Shown here one piece after another: positions 9,597 to 19,123 of a DNA stretch of 64,000 bases. The stretch comes from Candidatus Omnitrophota bacterium. GTDB taxonomy: Bacteria > Omnitrophota > Gorgyraeia > Gygaellales > Profunditerraquicolaceae. The notes beneath the pieces are model-generated. The model ran no database searches. It was not told the DNA's origin and saw only the letters and a list, made by a program, of their open reading frames with translations. Each line of letters opens with the position of its first letter. The stretch's first letter is position 1. Both the position numbers and the translations under genes were made by a program. Location of the stretch: positions 14,690-78,689 of the forward strand of contig JBEKHW010000003.1 in the NCBI GenBank assembly GCA_050012075.1. The letters run 5' to 3'.

Positions 9597-10555
9597 GTGG
9601 CCTTCTTTTTTCGCTTAAGCAGGATAATAAATACAGGCGCCCCGATTATGGCAGTAATGACTCCGATAGGTATCTCTAAGGGGCCAAAAAACGTGCGCGA
9701 GATAAGGTCGCATCCAAGCATGAATATTGCCGCAGCCAGGCATGTTGTGGGAATGAGGATTTTATGGTTTGGCCCGACAATTGAGCGCATCATATGCGGC
9801 ACAATCAGCCCTACAAAGCCGATTATGCCGCAGATAGATATAAGGCTTGCAGTAATCAGGGCAGAAATGAGGATTAAGAGTTTTTTGATATTCTGTGTGT
9901 CTATCCCCAGATGTATCGCTTCTTCTTCACCCATGCTTATTGCGTTTAAATCCTGGGCAAAAAGATATATTACGAATATACCCAGGAGCACAGGTATGGC
10001 TACCAGTAACACCAGTTTATAATCATAAACCTGTAAGCTCCCCCACAGCCACCAGTTCATTTCATGCATAGCTTCATTGCCGAATAAGGAGACCAGGAAT
10101 ACGATGATCGAAGAAAATGCCACGGAGATGATTACACCGGAAAGAATCAGGGATTTGTCGCAGATTTTCTCATTCTCGCGCGAAAGATTATAGACGATGA
10201 GAATGCTCGCTACTGCTCCCAGGAAAGCTGCCAGCGGCATGTAGAGCCGGGAGATACCTAGGATTACCGCAATTACCGCCGCCAGGCCTGCGCCGCTGGA
10301 GGTGCCTAAAAGATACGGTTCAGCAAGAGGGTTCCTTAATATGGCCTGCAAAGCTATCCCGGCAACTGCCAAACCGCCTCCTGTCAGGATTGCAGCCAGG
10401 ATTCTAAGGAGCCGCATATTCAAGATAGGCTGGTTTTCCTTTAGAAAAAGATCAGCCACAGGAATATTTACTGTTCCTTTTATGGTTGCCAAAATCATGG
10501 CGGCACAAAGCAACAGAAACAGCACGAACAAGCTTCTTTTTAAATCCCTAATCAT
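9593..10555 (-). CDS. btuC: FecCD-family ABC permease (BtuC-like)
   Basis: 320 aa polytopic permease with FecCD/BtuC topology. It overlaps the neighbouring genes. Confidence 0.8.
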   Translation of the reverse strand: MIRDLKRSLFVLFLLLCAAMILATIKGTVNIPVADLFLKENQPILNMRLLRILAAILTGGGLAVAGIALQAILRNPLAEPYLLGTSSGAGLAAVIAVILGISRLYMPLAAFLGAVASILIVYNLSRENEKICDKSLILSGVIISVAFSSIIVFLVSLFGNEAMHEMNWWLWGSLQVYDYKLVLLVAIPVLLGIFVIYLFAQDLNAISMGEEEAIHLGIDTQNIKKLLILISALITASLISICGIIGFVGLIVPHMMRSIVGPNHKILIPTTCLAAAIFMLGCDLISRTFFGPLEIPIGVITAIIGAPVFIILLKRKKKAT

Positions 10556-11432
10556 TTTTAGGGTACAGCCTTTTGTAAATTTCTCGTAAGCCCTCGGTTA
10601 TCCTTGGCCCGGGCCTTAGCAAAATATCGGGGTTTATATCATTAAACACCCGTTTGTTCCTTACGGCATTGATATCCGACCAGCCGAAACGGCCGGCAAC
10701 CAGTTTCAACGGCATTTCTCTATCCATGTAAGCCAGTATGATGCAGTCCGGGTTAGCATTAACCACTTTTTCAGCGCTATAGTTACTGTATGGCCTAGTG
10801 AGGTCATACGCGATGTTTATGCCGCCTGCCAGGGTAATTAACTCGTCGATAAACGAACCTCTGCCTGCAGTCATCAGGGGGTCACGCCAGATTTCAACAA
10901 AAACTTTTGCTTTCTTGCCCTGCTGGATAGCACTTACCTTAGAAGTTACTGCTTTAATATCCCTTCTCATATTATCTATTAATACTGCGGCTTCCCTGGA
11001 TTTGCCGGTGATTCTTGCTATCTCGCTGATAGAATTAAGTAATTCCTCGATATTTGAAGGGTCAGAAACAAATACCTTTAATTTAAGCCGCCTTAATTCT
11101 CTTATAACCGGAGCCTGCTCCAGGCCGGTACAGAAGATGTAATCGGCCTTAAGGGATAGTATCTTTTCTATACTGGGATGGCTGAAATCCCCAACCCTTG
11201 GTTTATTTTTTACAGCCGGAGGGTAATTGCAATAGGAGCTTATTCCCACAATTTCTTCGTTTAGGCCTAATGCAAAAAGTATCTCTGTTGTTGAAGGCGC
11301 CAGGGAAATATATCTTGCTGCTGCCTGCGCCTTGCTTAAAAATAAAAGAATAAATACCGCGGTTAAGATTATTTTTTTCACAGGATAGCGCAAATAAAAA
11401 ACCCGCCACTTTTTCTGGCGGGTCGCACCCAA
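10548..11432 (-). CDS. btuF: Periplasmic cobalamin/siderophore-binding protein (BtuF-like)
   Basis: Class III substrate-binding protein with a signal peptide KKIILTAVFILLFLSKAQA. The true start may be the GTG at 11381. Confidence 0.75.
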   Translation of the reverse strand: MGATRQKKWRVFYLRYPVKKIILTAVFILLFLSKAQAAARYISLAPSTTEILFALGLNEEIVGISSYCNYPPAVKNKPRVGDFSHPSIEKILSLKADYIFCTGLEQAPVIRELRRLKLKVFVSDPSNIEELLNSISEIARITGKSREAAVLIDNMRRDIKAVTSKVSAIQQGKKAKVFVEIWRDPLMTAGRGSFIDELITLAGGINIAYDLTRPYSNYSAEKVVNANPDCIILAYMDREMPLKLVAGRFGWSDINAVRNKRVFNDINPDILLRPGPRITEGLREIYKRLYPKND

Positions 11433-11477
11433 ATATTTGCTTGGCCCTTTCCACGAGGCTTTTCATATAGGTAGGTC

Positions 11478-11660
11478 TTCTGGCTCAGGCTTTAACCTAC
11501 TTACTGCGTCTTCCCATCCCAAATTACCGGGACAGTGACTCTTGCAGCTTTCGTCTGCCTCTACAGCGGCGGGACCGCATCCGATTAACGGCTTTGGCTT
11601 ATCGGAAGCCAAACCATGGCCTACTGGCCAACGGATTTCCCTTAACCTATAATCCAAAAT
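11478..11660 (-). promoter_or_regulatory. Second cobalamin riboswitch, in the leader of the btuFCD-cob operon
   Basis: The minus-strand RNA reads GGUUAAGGGAAAUCCGUUGGCC...GCGGUCCCGCCGCUGUAGAGG...AGUCACUGUCCCGG. This gives the cobalamin core (GC.G.CCCGC..CUGUnA) and a B12-box-like GUCACUG. Confidence 0.55.
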
Positions 11661-11668
11661 GTCTTTTT

Positions 11669-11696
11669 ACTTTAACACTTTAAAAGGATTTGTCAA
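11669..11696 (-). promoter_or_regulatory. Putative sigma70 promoter upstream of riboswitch 2
   Basis: On the minus strand: TTGACA, a 16 nt spacer, then TAAAGT. Confidence 0.3.
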
Positions 11697-11799
11697 ATAT
11701 TTTTTGCCCACGGGGGCAATACTGGCGCAATACCGATTAGCGCCAGGTATATAACCTCTCGTGGTGTTGCCGCGTCACCCCTCGGATAAGCGCGTTGAT

Positions 11800-12300
11800 T
11801 CAGAATTCAATTCCCCTTCTTGCCTTTACGCCTTTCCTATAGTAATGTTTCCTTTCTTTTATTTCGCTTACGAGGTCTGCCATTTTTATGATCTGCGGAT
11901 GGGCATAGCGGCCGGTAAGAATAAGTTCCGCTCCCCGGTTTTCTTTGATGATACCCAGCAGTTCTCCTAAACTAAGGAGGTTAAGTTTGAGGGCGATATT
12001 GATTTCATCCAGGATAACCATGGCATATGTATTCTTTCGCAGGACTTGCCCTACTTTCTTTAAACCTTTTTTGGCGAGCATTATATCTTTAGGCGCAGGA
12101 GATTTCTTTATAAAACATCCTCTTCCAAACTGCTCGATTTTTATATTTTTTATTTTTCTTAACGCTTTTATCTCTCCGTAATCCCTACCTTTGGCAAACT
12201 GGGCAATGTAAACCTTAAGGCCGTTTCCTGCCGCCCTTAATGCAAGGCCGAATGCCGCCGTACTCTTTCCCTTGCCGTTACCGGTATATACCTGGATCAT
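11800..12300 (-). CDS. cobO: Cob(I)yrinic acid a,c-diamide adenosyltransferase
   Basis: P-loop YTGNGKGKSTAAFG and CobA/CobO/BtuR family organisation. The likely start is the internal Met MIQVYTG. Confidence 0.8.
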   Translation of the reverse strand: MIQVYTGNGKGKSTAAFGLALRAAGNGLKVYIAQFAKGRDYGEIKALRKIKNIKIEQFGRGCFIKKSPAPKDIMLAKKGLKKVGQVLRKNTYAMVILDEINIALKLNLLSLGELLGIIKENRGAELILTGRYAHPQIIKMADLVSEIKERKHYYRKGVKARRGIEF

Positions 12301-12944
12301 TTTTTCTCCTCCCACCCGAATTTACCTACGAGCGGAACGAATACGCAGCCGCAAATGCGGCGTGTTTGCAATTTACCTTCTTTTTTATCTATCACGGTAA
12401 GCACCTGGCTTAAGGTTTCGCCCAGGGGCACGACCATTTTTCCCATATCTTGAAGCTGTTCGGCAAGCGGCAAAGGGATGCGAGGGCTGGCAGCGGTGAT
12501 GATAATGCGGTCAAATGGCGCTTCTTCCGTCCAGCCGAGGGTGCCGTCTCCGACTTTTATTTTTACATCGTGATAACCGGCCGCATCCAACGCTATTTGC
12601 GCTTTTTTTGCGAGGGCCTCAAACCTCTCAATAGTATAAACTTTTCTCGCTAATTCTCGCAGGATCGCTGCCTGGTAACCAGAGCCGGTTCCGATTTCGA
12701 GCACCTTTTCTTTTCCGGTTAAGCCAAGGGACTCCGTCATAAGCGCGACCATATAGGGCTGAGAAATAGTTTGGCCTTCTCCGATAGGAATAGGATAATC
12801 GGCGTAGCTACTTTCCCGCCATTCTTGAGGGACAAACTTATGCCGCTCTACCTTGGAAAAAGCATCTATAACGCGCTTATCCTTTATACCCCTCAGGATA
12901 AGCTGCTCTTTTACCATCCGTTTTCTTAAGGTTTCGTAGTCCAT
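12297..12944 (-). CDS. pcm: Protein-L-isoaspartate O-methyltransferase
   Basis: 215 aa with a SAM-binding VLEIGTGSGYQAA motif and the TISQPYMVA motif. Confidence 0.85.
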   Translation of the reverse strand: MDYETLRKRMVKEQLILRGIKDKRVIDAFSKVERHKFVPQEWRESSYADYPIPIGEGQTISQPYMVALMTESLGLTGKEKVLEIGTGSGYQAAILRELARKVYTIERFEALAKKAQIALDAAGYHDVKIKVGDGTLGWTEEAPFDRIIITAASPRIPLPLAEQLQDMGKMVVPLGETLSQVLTVIDKKEGKLQTRRICGCVFVPLVGKFGWEEKK

Positions 12945-13633
12945 ATCTCTCTTATGATAAATGCGATGAATCTTAAGGTATCCAGCACCGGATTGATCCT
13001 ACTTTTTTCCTTTCCATACACCGTCTTGATCGGGACGGATTCAATCTTAAAACCGGCCTTGGCACCCTTAATAAGCAATTCCGATTCTATTTCATATTTG
13101 TCAGTAGAAAGATTTATTTTTTCCAGCGCCTCCCTTTTGATAAGGCGGAAACCGCATTGGCTGTCATTGATTTTTTGTTTCGCGATAACCGAGATGAGCC
13201 AGGACATGAATTTATTGGTAAACAGGCGCACGAAAGGCATATCCTTTACGGTTTGCATCCTGTCTCCGATAAATATCTTGCTGTCGGAAGACCCGGCCGC
13301 ACGTAAAAAAGACGGTATCTCTTCTGCGAGATGCTGCCCGTCTCCGTCCATGGCTATGACAGCGTCAAAATTGTTTTGCAGGGCATAAGCAAACCCCTTT
13401 ATTAACGAGGCGCCCTTGCCTTCATTGTTTTCATTTCTTATCACTACCGCCCCTGATTTTTCGGCGATGCCGGAGGTATCATCTCCTGAACCGTCGTCTA
13501 TCACGATAACAGGGAGGTTTAAATTTAACCCTTTAATCCGGCCTATCAGCCAACCGATTGTTTCGGATTCATTATATGTCGGTATTATTATGCAGGCCTT
13601 CATTCTTTCCAGAATCTCCGGAACATAAACCAT
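12926..13633 (-). CDS. GT2 polyprenol-phosphate glycosyltransferase (dolichyl-phosphate mannosyltransferase-like)
   Basis: IIIPTYNE and VIVIDDGSGDDT motifs. Confidence 0.75.
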   Translation of the reverse strand: MVYVPEILERMKACIIIPTYNESETIGWLIGRIKGLNLNLPVIVIDDGSGDDTSGIAEKSGAVVIRNENNEGKGASLIKGFAYALQNNFDAVIAMDGDGQHLAEEIPSFLRAAGSSDSKIFIGDRMQTVKDMPFVRLFTNKFMSWLISVIAKQKINDSQCGFRLIKREALEKINLSTDKYEIESELLIKGAKAGFKIESVPIKTVYGKEKSRINPVLDTLRFIAFIIREIWTTKP

Positions 13634-14490
13634 TGATCGGGATATTCGGTTATGTATCTTTCAAAAATTTTAAGGTAAGTTTTCATGATTTCTACGGTAT
13701 CGTTCCTCCTGTTTCCGGAAGGTGTTACTACAATAGGCGGCTCCATCCGCAGGGTGAAACTATCGTCTTTATTGCGCAGCATAAATCCCGCAACAATCGG
13801 AGCGCCAGTCCTTAGGGAAAAGGCAGCCGGGCCCTCTGGAAAAACCGTGGGTTTTCCGAAAAAAGGTAAAATCGCGCCGTCTTCGGTAAAGTCCCTATCT
13901 CCTACCAGAGCTACTGACTCATTTTTCTTAAAAACCGCAAGTGACTCTCTTACTGCTTTGGCAAGAGGGATAACTTTCACACCCTTACTTTCCCGTTGGG
14001 CATTGAAAAAGGAATTCACTTTCTTGTATTTATGCGGTAGGGCAACCACCCAGAACGGATACCCTAAAAGCGCAATGGTTATTCCTCCTAGCTCCCAATT
14101 CCCTATGTGCGCGGTTAAAATCACAATACCTTTCCCCTTTTTAAAAGCTTCATCAATATAATGGGTATTTTCTAACTGGACATTCTTTTCTATCCACTTT
14201 TTATCTATTTCCTGGAAGCGGAAGAAATCAACGAGGTATTTTGCGAAGTTGCGGAACATGTTGATTTGTAACTCCCGTATTTCTTTCTCTGTTTTATTGG
14301 GGAAAATAACCCTCATGTTTTCTGTTGCATACCTGCGGTCACGGAATGTCAAGAGAGACCGGATATCGGAACAGAATACAGCGATCCTGTACCCCCATTT
14401 TAAGGGTATATGTAAGGCCAGGAATTGGCCTATCCTGTAGAGGTAGTAATCAAGCATGCGGTAGTCCGAGAAGTAGCTTGGCGATATCAA
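13600..14490 (-). CDS. Lysophospholipid/lipid A acyltransferase (LpxL/HtrB-like LPLAT)
   Basis: 296 aa with LPLAT_LABLAT-like organisation, including the HIGNWE (HX4E-type) motif. Confidence 0.7.
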   Translation of the reverse strand: MISPSYFSDYRMLDYYLYRIGQFLALHIPLKWGYRIAVFCSDIRSLLTFRDRRYATENMRVIFPNKTEKEIRELQINMFRNFAKYLVDFFRFQEIDKKWIEKNVQLENTHYIDEAFKKGKGIVILTAHIGNWELGGITIALLGYPFWVVALPHKYKKVNSFFNAQRESKGVKVIPLAKAVRESLAVFKKNESVALVGDRDFTEDGAILPFFGKPTVFPEGPAAFSLRTGAPIVAGFMLRNKDDSFTLRMEPPIVVTPSGNRRNDTVEIMKTYLKIFERYITEYPDQWFMFRRFWKE

Positions 14491-15577
14491 GCGCAGCTTC
14501 GGGTTTGGCTATATACCTGCTGCATTCTCGCATAGTTTTTAATTTCTGCGGTTTATTGAGCAAATCTTCAATGGCAAGATGGGTATCTTTGGGGTTGTTT
14601 ACTTTTATAGCCGAGCCCTTTTCCATCAGGTAATCCGTATTGTGCATCTCCTGTCCAGGCAGGGGCTTTACGATGACCATAGGCAAATTATTACTTAAGA
14701 CCTCAGCCGTAGTTACTCCCCCTGGTTTTGTAATTATAATATCCGAGACGCTCATCAATTCATTGATATTGTTGACATAGCCCAGGAGTATTATTTTTTT
14801 CTTGCATCTTTTTATTTTTCTACGGAGAGAGCGGTAAAGTTTTTTATTGGTGGCGGTGACGATAATCTCTTCTAAGGGGCAGCTAACCATTTCCAGGGAT
14901 TTTACGATAGCCTTAATGGGCCCTAAGCCTTGTCCTCCCCCCATTATTAAAATAACGGATTCTTCGGCGCTTAATTTAAGTTTTTCTCTCAGGCGGTATT
15001 TATCCTGCGTTTCGTTAAACCGAGGGTCAAATGGTATTCCTAGGGCCCTGATTTTTCCCGCAGCCACCCCTTTCTTTATCAGGCGTAAACTTACATCTTC
15101 CGACGGGCTTATATAGTAATCTACGGCGTCATAAACCCAGTATGAATGCGGCACGTAGTCGGTAAGAACGCCGATAAGCGGAAGGCTAGAGTTATACGTT
15201 TTTTTATAATCTGCAACCATCCCGCAGGGAAACGCCTGGGTGCAGACCACGGCATCGGGATTAAAGCGGTCAAAAAGGTTCTTTAGCTTCGGGGAGTTGA
15301 ATTTATGGATTGTATCTTTCATCTTTTCTATGCTCTTTACGATTTTCGGGTTATCGTAAAGGTAATCCCAGAGTTTGGGAGTGCGTTTTATTACTTCCAT
15401 ATAAATGCGGTTTACGATTTTTTCAGAGATGGGATTGGTGTAATTGAAGGCGTTTATATTCAATATCTCGGTTTGAGGGGCAAGCATCTTTAACGCCTTT
15501 TCAATGGCAAGGGTAGCGCTATGGTGCCCGGAGATTTCGGAAATATACATTAAGATGATGCGCCTGCGGATGCCCAT
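14450..15577 (-). CDS. MGDG-synthase-family glycosyltransferase (processive diacylglycerol glycosyltransferase-like, GT28)
   Basis: 375 aa with an N-terminal MGDG-synthase domain (ISEISGHHSA) and a C-terminal GT-B domain (ITKPGGVTTAE). Confidence 0.65.
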   Translation of the reverse strand: MGIRRRIILMYISEISGHHSATLAIEKALKMLAPQTEILNINAFNYTNPISEKIVNRIYMEVIKRTPKLWDYLYDNPKIVKSIEKMKDTIHKFNSPKLKNLFDRFNPDAVVCTQAFPCGMVADYKKTYNSSLPLIGVLTDYVPHSYWVYDAVDYYISPSEDVSLRLIKKGVAAGKIRALGIPFDPRFNETQDKYRLREKLKLSAEESVILIMGGGQGLGPIKAIVKSLEMVSCPLEEIIVTATNKKLYRSLRRKIKRCKKKIILLGYVNNINELMSVSDIIITKPGGVTTAEVLSNNLPMVIVKPLPGQEMHNTDYLMEKGSAIKVNNPKDTHLAIEDLLNKPQKLKTMRECSRYIAKPEAALDIAKLLLGLPHA

Positions 15578-15579
15578 AA

Positions 15580-16746
15580 TCAGATTCTTCCTTCTTCGTA
15601 GAGTGAGGTAAAGGCCTTTACGATCCCGGGGTTGAATTGAGTGCCGCTTTTTTGTTTTATTTCGGAAATAGCATTTGATTTGGTCAATGCTTTCCGGTAG
15701 GGCCTGTCAGTAGTCATCGCGTCAAAGGTATCTGCAATGGAGATGATTGCCGCAATAAGGGGAATCTCTTCGCCTTTTAGCCCATCGGGATAACCTGAAC
15801 CGTCATATTTTTCGTGATGGTATTTTACCCCTAGAAGTGCATCCTGCAGTTCTTTTATCGGTGAAAGGATGTTTACGCCGATAAGCGGATGTTCGCACAT
15901 GCGTTTTTTTTCTTCTTTATCCAGAAAGTCCTTTTTGTTGAGTATGGATTCCGGTATGCCGATTTTTCCGATATCGTGTAAAAGACTTGCGATTTGAAGC
16001 TGTTCTAGGAAGTTTTCCTTTAACTTGGTTTTATTATCCCGGCTCATTTTCCTGGCGATTTCAAGGCTAAGGTTGGTTACCCGCGCAGTGTGGCCGTGCG
16101 TATGCGGGTCTTTGGCTTCGATTGCCGCAGCCAGGGCAATGGTAGTATGGATAAAAAGGCGCTTATTTCTCTGGAGCTCGGTTTCCAAATCCTGGAAAAG
16201 CCGGGCATTCCTGAGCGCCATCGCGACGTCAGAAGCAAGAGCGGCAAAGAAACCCAGTTCTTCTTTAGCGAATTTCTTATTAGTTTTCTTATTTCCCAGA
16301 AGCAGGAGCCCCAATAGTTCATTCCTGAAATAACTGGGGATACAGGCAATAGTTTCAAATATATCCATCTGATAGAGGATGCTATTTAGCAGCTTTTTAT
16401 CCTCGGGAGTTACATTTTTCCGTTTCAAGGCCTTTTTAATCTGTTCGTAAGTAAGCGCCCCGTCTCCCAGTATTTTTTTATCCAGCCTCTTGCGGAAGAA
16501 ATAAATCAGCGGATTATCCGCGTCCATGCGCGCAAAACCTTTGGGGATTTTAAGGCCTCTTGCGCCCCTTGAGACAGTCAGGATGTAGGTATCTTTTTCT
16601 TTATCGTGCAGGAGGATGCCGGCGTGCCGGACATTAAGTTTCTGGGTCATCATGCGCACTATCATCCTCATAAGGGTCTGCGGCTCATGCACAAGAATCA
16701 TGCTTTTTGCCGCGCCCTCAAGTTCTTTCTTATAGTCAATAGGCAT
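15580..16746 (-). CDS. GAF-domain HD-GYP phosphodiesterase
   Basis: HD motif LLHDIGKIGIP, the sequence HHEKYDGSGYP and an N-terminal GAF domain. Confidence 0.75.
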   Translation of the reverse strand: MPIDYKKELEGAAKSMILVHEPQTLMRMIVRMMTQKLNVRHAGILLHDKEKDTYILTVSRGARGLKIPKGFARMDADNPLIYFFRKRLDKKILGDGALTYEQIKKALKRKNVTPEDKKLLNSILYQMDIFETIACIPSYFRNELLGLLLLGNKKTNKKFAKEELGFFAALASDVAMALRNARLFQDLETELQRNKRLFIHTTIALAAAIEAKDPHTHGHTARVTNLSLEIARKMSRDNKTKLKENFLEQLQIASLLHDIGKIGIPESILNKKDFLDKEEKKRMCEHPLIGVNILSPIKELQDALLGVKYHHEKYDGSGYPDGLKGEEIPLIAAIISIADTFDAMTTDRPYRKALTKSNAISEIKQKSGTQFNPGIVKAFTSLYEEGRI

Positions 16747-16758
16747 TGGGATAAAAGG

Positions 16759-17133
16759 TTATTTTTTTGGAGGGAAAAGGTAATTCAAGACAATGCGTTC
16801 CAGTTCATCCAGCTCAAGGGGTTTATGTACATATGCGATTGCGCCCAGTTGCCGGCACTTCTCAAATACCCCTTCTTCATCCGGCTTTCTTCCTGTAACC
16901 ATAATGACCTTAAGCTCGGCCTTTAATTCTTTTATCCGGCGCAAGGTCTCTATGCCGTCCATCCCGGACATTTTAATATCCAGTAGCACCATATCCGGTT
17001 TTTGCGCCTCTACCAGCGTGCATGCCTCTTCTCCGGAAGATGCAGTGGTGACGTCGATTTTTCTCTTACGAAAAAAATTAGCGGCGAATTCGCGCACGTC
17101 TTCTTCATCATCCACTATCAAAAGCTTTACCAT
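16759..17133 (-). CDS. Single-domain response regulator receiver (CheY-like)
   Basis: LLIVDDEEDV, MVLLDIKMSGMDG and a conserved Lys, with no output domain. Confidence 0.8.
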   Translation of the reverse strand: MVKLLIVDDEEDVREFAANFFRKRKIDVTTASSGEEACTLVEAQKPDMVLLDIKMSGMDGIETLRRIKELKAELKVIMVTGRKPDEEGVFEKCRQLGAIAYVHKPLELDELERIVLNYLFPPKK

Positions 17134-17215
17134 TAAATAAACAATGCCTCCGGCGTTTATTGTTTATTTACTCCGCACTATGTGCGGAGTATCAGTCCGT
17201 TTCGTTACGTTCTTT

Positions 17216-17243
17216 ATTTTATCAAAATACCGACCAAGGTCAA
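17216..17243 (-). promoter_or_regulatory. Putative promoter for the receiver/HD-GYP operon, with a 10 bp perfect hairpin in the leader
   Basis: On the minus strand: TTGACC, a 16 nt spacer, then TAAAAT. Downstream the leader carries the palindrome TACTCCGCAC-ATA-GTGCGGAGTA (17180-17202) and a GGAGG RBS. Confidence 0.3.
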
Positions 17244-17245
17244 TC

Positions 17246-19117
17246 TTATTCGTAAATTAAATTGATCTTAAATGTTTCTTCGGGCTTAGCCATTTTATCA
17301 GGAAAATGTCCAAAAGGAGAAGCTTCTTTTATAGCTTTTACTGCTGGCTCAACCAGTGAATTGTCCGTAGTATTGATTATATCGGGTTCACCGATAAGAT
17401 TTCCGTTTTGAAGTAGCCTGAAACTGAGCAATACCCGCCCTTTCATCTTTTTAGGCCCGGCTGATTTTGCAACATTCTGGATTTTGGCGATGATTGATTG
17501 CCGGTAGTCAGAGGGAATTCCAGCGGCTGCCATGGAGTTTAATGATTCCGTCTCTACAGAGGTGGAAAATCTTTCAGTTACGATTTCTCCGTTTACCATT
17601 TTTGAGATAAAGCCCTCTTTTGGTTTTATATCGGAGAAATTTGAGTAAGGTTCTTCTCCTGTAATGATGTGGGGCGTCAGGAGAATTACAAGTTCATCTT
17701 TGGTTACCACGTCGCTTACACTGCGGAAGAGGAATCCTAATCCGGGAATGTCTCCCGCAAGGGGTATCTTTTTTACTGTTTTTACGTGTTTATCTTTGTG
17801 TAGCCCGCCGATAATAATCGTCACGCCATCTTTAACCATGACCGTTGTTTCTGCTTCGGATGTTGTCAGGTCAGGGACATCGGTCCCCTGGTCGTTCACC
17901 TCTACTTTAACAAGGGTTCCCTCGCTTATTTCAGGTTTAATCTTCATGGTTATAAAATTATCTCTGTTAATGGTAGGAGTAACATGCAGCTTGATGCCGG
18001 TTTCCAGAGTATTTGGCGTTACCGTGGTAGTTGTTGTTTGCGCATTCACGACTGCCGAAGAGGTCAGGTATGTCTGTTTTCTTCCGACAAGAATACTTGC
18101 TTCCTGGTTATTTGTAGCTACAATTCTGGGGCTTGAGATGATTTTTGTGTCGCCGATAGTGCGCAGGGCATCAAGCACCGCTTTATATTGGCCTGCTCCT
18201 GTAAGAGTGGTATTTGCCGTCCCAAGGGTGAGTCCGCCGACAGAACCACCAGGCAGGCTGCTTAATACCTTGAAATATTTTTCAATCCAGTAACCCCAGT
18301 CCACGCCCATTGTGAATGAATCCGAAGGAGTAATCTCAATGATTTGCGCGTCAATCAGCACCTGCGGAGTTTTTTCGTCAAAGGCCTTTATAATTCGGGC
18401 TATTTCTTTTAATTTATTCGGATAGTCAGTGACGACTACCTTATTTGTCCTCTCATCTTTTTTGACGCTGCCAATCCCTTTTGTGACCGCATCCTGGAGT
18501 TTTTCGCTTAACTTATCGGCTACGGCATAGTTGAGGCTAAAAACCCTGGTTTCCAGTGGCACATCTGCCTTAGAGATAAAATCCTGCATCGCTTTTATAG
18601 TTTCCGGAGAATCCATTAAAACCAATGTATTTGAACCGTCATCCGGCACTATCCTGCCGACATTAGTTTTCATCTGGGTCAGTGCCCGCGATAAATCCGC
18701 GGCCTTGGCATATTGGAGATGGACTATCTTTACTTCCTTTCTGTCTTTAAAGCGCCCGCCGTATGTCAGTTCATAATCCCTCTGGGTCATTACGTTAATG
18801 ATATTACCTTCCCGTATGTATGCCAGGTCATTAGCCAGGAGGATTATCTCAAAGGCGTCGAAGATATCTACATCCTTTAAAAAGAGCGTGACCTTACCGG
18901 TTACATTCTTACCGATAGCTAGGTTCATCCCCGAACGGTTTGAAATCATTTTAAGGACGTCTACGATATCCATCCCTTTTATATCCAGAGAAATCTTATT
19001 TTGCTGGCTGGCTGTGGGCGGTTGTGGAGCGGTCCCGGTTTCGTAGGCCTGCGCTAAGGATGGCATAGCGCCAGATAAAAATAAAATGAGAACAAAGATA
19101 AATTTATTTTTCATCAT
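17246..19117 (-). CDS. Secretin (GspD/PilQ family) with a C-terminal TonB-C-like domain
   Basis: 623 aa with a signal peptide, N0/N1 domains and a secretin core (IIGGLHKDK...IPLAGDIPGLGFLFRS). The C-terminal roughly 100 aa resemble the TonB C-terminal domain of ORF 2381-3091 (AIKEASPFGHFP...FKINLIYE vs SIKEAAPFPKFP...FNVAITFE). Confidence 0.8.
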   Translation of the reverse strand: MMKNKFIFVLILFLSGAMPSLAQAYETGTAPQPPTASQQNKISLDIKGMDIVDVLKMISNRSGMNLAIGKNVTGKVTLFLKDVDIFDAFEIILLANDLAYIREGNIINVMTQRDYELTYGGRFKDRKEVKIVHLQYAKAADLSRALTQMKTNVGRIVPDDGSNTLVLMDSPETIKAMQDFISKADVPLETRVFSLNYAVADKLSEKLQDAVTKGIGSVKKDERTNKVVVTDYPNKLKEIARIIKAFDEKTPQVLIDAQIIEITPSDSFTMGVDWGYWIEKYFKVLSSLPGGSVGGLTLGTANTTLTGAGQYKAVLDALRTIGDTKIISSPRIVATNNQEASILVGRKQTYLTSSAVVNAQTTTTTVTPNTLETGIKLHVTPTINRDNFITMKIKPEISEGTLVKVEVNDQGTDVPDLTTSEAETTVMVKDGVTIIIGGLHKDKHVKTVKKIPLAGDIPGLGFLFRSVSDVVTKDELVILLTPHIITGEEPYSNFSDIKPKEGFISKMVNGEIVTERFSTSVETESLNSMAAAGIPSDYRQSIIAKIQNVAKSAGPKKMKGRVLLSFRLLQNGNLIGEPDIINTTDNSLVEPAVKAIKEASPFGHFPDKMAKPEETFKINLIYE

Positions 19118-19123
19118 TCCTCC

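Noticed and set aside
11463-11657. Minus-strand 64 aa ORF, and the 87 aa ORF at 11203-11466
   Set aside because: The first lies inside riboswitch 2 and is Cys/Pro/Gly-rich GC-structured sequence typical of structured RNA. The second overlaps the btuF N-terminus in another frame.
17664-18293. Plus-strand 209 aa ORF
   Set aside because: It is embedded antisense in the secretin gene. It is low-complexity Val/Ser/Thr-rich, which mirrors the secretin's codon composition.
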